Assembly (NCBI GenBank): GCA_043821645.1
Contig: JBDRCO010000093.1
Span: forward strand, 1-25,184
DNA: 25,184 bases
Direction: 5' to 3'
From: Pseudomonadota bacterium
GTDB lineage: Bacteria; Myxococcota; JACRCW01; JAFGSX01
This document shows, in pieces, positions 23,086 through 25,184 of the stretch (the stretch's first letter is position 1; each line of letters begins with the position of its first letter). The translations under genes were made by a program, and so were the position numbers. The notes under the pieces are model-generated. The model was not told the origin of the DNA. It did no database searches and worked only from the letters and a program-made list of their open reading frames with translations.

Positions 23086-25184
23086 GTGAAGTCGAAAATC
23101 GCCTCGGGCAGGGAGTCATGCTCCCACGTCGTGGTCCTGTGCGCCTTGTCCTCGCTGCTGGGTCGCTGCACCTGCGCACCCGAGGAGCCACCGCCGCTGA
23201 CGCCCACCGCGGTGGGTACCATCGTGGGCGAGGCCTACGTCGAGGACCCGACCCAGCGCTCGCTGGGCGGCACCGTGGTCGAGGTCTACGGCATGAGCGC
23301 GCGCGCGGTCAGCCAGGAAGGCATGCAGTTCGTGCTGCAGCCCATCCCGCTGGGCGAGCACACCCTGTTGCTGACCCACCCTGATCTGGATCGGTCGATC
23401 CGGATCAAGGCCAAGGTCGAGGCGCCCTACCAGACCGTGCTCTTGCCAGCGTCGGCGACCACGCTCAAATCCGCGGCCAGCTTGACGGGCACCGTGACGG
23501 TCTCTGGCGGTACGGCCGTGGGCGCCATCGCCTTTCTGGTCGGCGGAAACAGCCAGCAGCAGAGCGCGGTGGGTGACGACGGAAGTTTTGTGCTGAGCAT
23601 GTTGCCGCCCGGTGCCGGCGCCAAGATCGCCGTCGCCAAGAACGGTTACGAAGTGGCCATGGCCAGCATCGACCTCAGCGAGGGTATCAATGCGCTGCCG
23701 TCGGCGGTGGCGCTGAGCCCCACCAGCGCGGGCAACCTGACCCTGCGCGGCAAGGTCGTGCTCGACGGACTGACCGACCAGCGCGGGACCATGGTCCTGC
23801 TCAACGGCGGTGCCGAGGTGGCCAGCACCGACCAGGACGGCGTGTACCAGTTCACAGCGCTGGGACCTGGTCTCTTTAGCCTCAAGGCGCAGCACCCGGG
23901 CTACCGCTCGGTCGAACTACCGCAGGTCGCCCTGACGACGGGCGGAGCCCAGGGCCTGGTCGACATGTTCCTGGCACCGGGCTCCGACCTCGACGACGGC
24001 AGCGGCCAGGACCAGCCGGTGGTGGTGAGCCTGCGCAATCCCCTGCCCGGCCAGACCCTGCAGGGCGGCGCGCCGGTGGTGCTGGCTGCCGACGTCGGCG
24101 GTCGCATCGTCGACGCCAACGATGTGGTGTGGCACGTGCGCGAGGTGGGCGAGACAGGCCCCGGCACCGAGCTGGGCCGCGGCTTCATCGTCACCGGCAG
24201 CCTGCCCCTGGTGTCCCAGCGCACGGTGATGGAGATCCTGGTCTCGGTGGTCGGCGCCGGCGTCACCCTGGCCCAGGACCACGTGCTGGTCTACGTCGAC
24301 AGGCTGCTGCAGGACGCGGTCGAGGTGGCGCACCGCACCGGCTACGGCATACAGCCTGCCGTGATCGAGGAGGTGCTGGACGCCCAGGGCAACGTCGAGC
24401 GCGTGCGCTACCGCATCCAGCAGGGCCAGCCCATCGAGCTGAGCGACCCGCGCGGCCAGCTGGGCGAGCGCATGGTCTTCACCTGCCCGTCGGGGCCCAC
24501 CTTCTTTGGCACCGCCAGGCTGGGCGAACTGGAGGTCGGCACCTACGTCTACGACGTGGCCGTCACCGACGACAGCGGCCTGATCTCGCACGCCACGGTC
24601 GAGGTCATCGTCAGCCCGCTGCAGTTCACCATCACGCTGCTGTCACCGATCGAGAACCCGAGCGCGCCCTACTACGCGTACCAGGGCTTGCCGGCGTCGG
24701 TCACGGTGCAGCACGGCTTTCAGACCTACTTCCCGCAGCAGAGCGTGAGCTGGCGCGACACCGTGGGGCGCCCCGTGGCCAACGGCCTGAGCGCCACCAT
24801 CCGCTCGCTGCCCGCCGGAGACGGCGTTATCTCGGTCGAGGTCGGCGACGTTGCGGGCAACACGCGGCTCGCCAGCGTGGCCTACAGGCTCGAGGACGTG
24901 GAGTTCACGGCGACCTTCAACGCACCGACGAGCGGCATGACCGTACGCGCCAGCGAGGCCCTGACCGTCAACGTGGGCTACACCCACACCTACCAGCCGC
25001 CCATAGACCCGGCGACCCTGCGGGTGAGCCTGCACTCGAACCGCCAGGCCAACCTGCGCCCCGACGGCGCCAGCACGTCAACCTTTCAGGTCAACCAGGA
25101 CGTGAACTTCTCGTCGCTGGTGCCGGGCGTGCACACCCTGACCGCCCGCATCTTCGACGGCAGCCGCTACGCCGAGGCCACGCG
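23086..25184 (+). CDS. Large putative lipoprotein with three carboxypeptidase-regulatory-like (transthyretin-fold) domains followed by Ig-like domains (3' end beyond window)
   Basis: Manual translation from GTG 23086 (after AGGGG) is open to the window end: MKSKIASGRESCSHVVVLCALSSLLGRCTCAPEEPPP, GTIVGEAY, LTGTVTV...DDGSFVLSMLPPG, LRGKVVLDG...TDQDGVYQFTALGPG, GTYVYDVAVTDDSG, GVHTLTARIFD. Absent from the ORF track; the start position is uncertain. Confidence 0.85.
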   Translation, partial: MKSKIASGRESCSHVVVLCALSSLLGRCTCAPEEPPPLTPTAVGTIVGEAYVEDPTQRSLGGTVVEVYGMSARAVSQEGMQFVLQPIPLGEHTLLLTHPDLDRSIRIKAKVEAPYQTVLLPASATTLKSAASLTGTVTVSGGTAVGAIAFLVGGNSQQQSAVGDDGSFVLSMLPPGAGAKIAVAKNGYEVAMASIDLSEGINALPSAVALSPTSAGNLTLRGKVVLDGLTDQRGTMVLLNGGAEVASTDQDGVYQFTALGPGLFSLKAQHPGYRSVELPQVALTTGGAQGLVDMFLAPGSDLDDGSGQDQPVVVSLRNPLPGQTLQGGAPVVLAADVGGRIVDANDVVWHVREVGETGPGTELGRGFIVTGSLPLVSQRTVMEILVSVVGAGVTLAQDHVLVYVDRLLQDAVEVAHRTGYGIQPAVIEEVLDAQGNVERVRYRIQQGQPIELSDPRGQLGERMVFTCPSGPTFFGTARLGELEVGTYVYDVAVTDDSGLISHATVEVIVSPLQFTITLLSPIENPSAPYYAYQGLPASVTVQHGFQTYFPQQSVSWRDTVGRPVANGLSATIRSLPAGDGVISVEVGDVAGNTRLASVAYRLEDVEFTATFNAPTSGMTVRASEALTVNVGYTHTYQPPIDPATLRVSLHSNRQANLRPDGASTSTFQVNQDVNFSSLVPGVHTLTARIFDGSRYAEAT

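Overview
GC-rich (roughly 65-70% by eye), gene-dense bacterial chromosomal window. Several protein families point to Myxococcota or a related deltaproteobacterial lineage (inference): a TPR-LpoA-like lipoprotein, Cys-rich lipoprotein N-termini, Asp-Ala linkers and CSLREA/choice-of-anchor-Q proteins. I read 18 coding regions. Two are truncated by the window edges and missing from the ORF track: a LysM-like/novel-repeat protein at the left edge and a multi-Ig lipoprotein at the right edge. Left to right: a co-oriented minus-strand envelope cluster (transcribed LpoA-like lipoprotein, site-2 protease, Zn-ribbon membrane protein, LysM-like repeat protein), an NSS symporter, a structured and repeated intergenic segment, a small ORF, suhB, a FabL-like enoyl-ACP reductase, DUF2167, a membrane protein, a PhhB with a Cys-rich tail, an SLC13/DASS permease, a 2Fe-2S ferredoxin, a 1394-aa repeat surface protein with an upstream partner gene, a fused NfnAB-type oxidoreductase, mutM and a large Ig-rich lipoprotein. 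I saw no rRNA, tRNA, CRISPR array, transposase, prophage or recognisable defence system. The best novelty candidates are the five-repeat LysM-like protein and its protease-containing cluster, the 132-nt rod hairpin plus 33-nt direct repeats at 7191-7516, and the partner/surface-protein pair. All family assignments come from motif recognition by eye, not from database searches.
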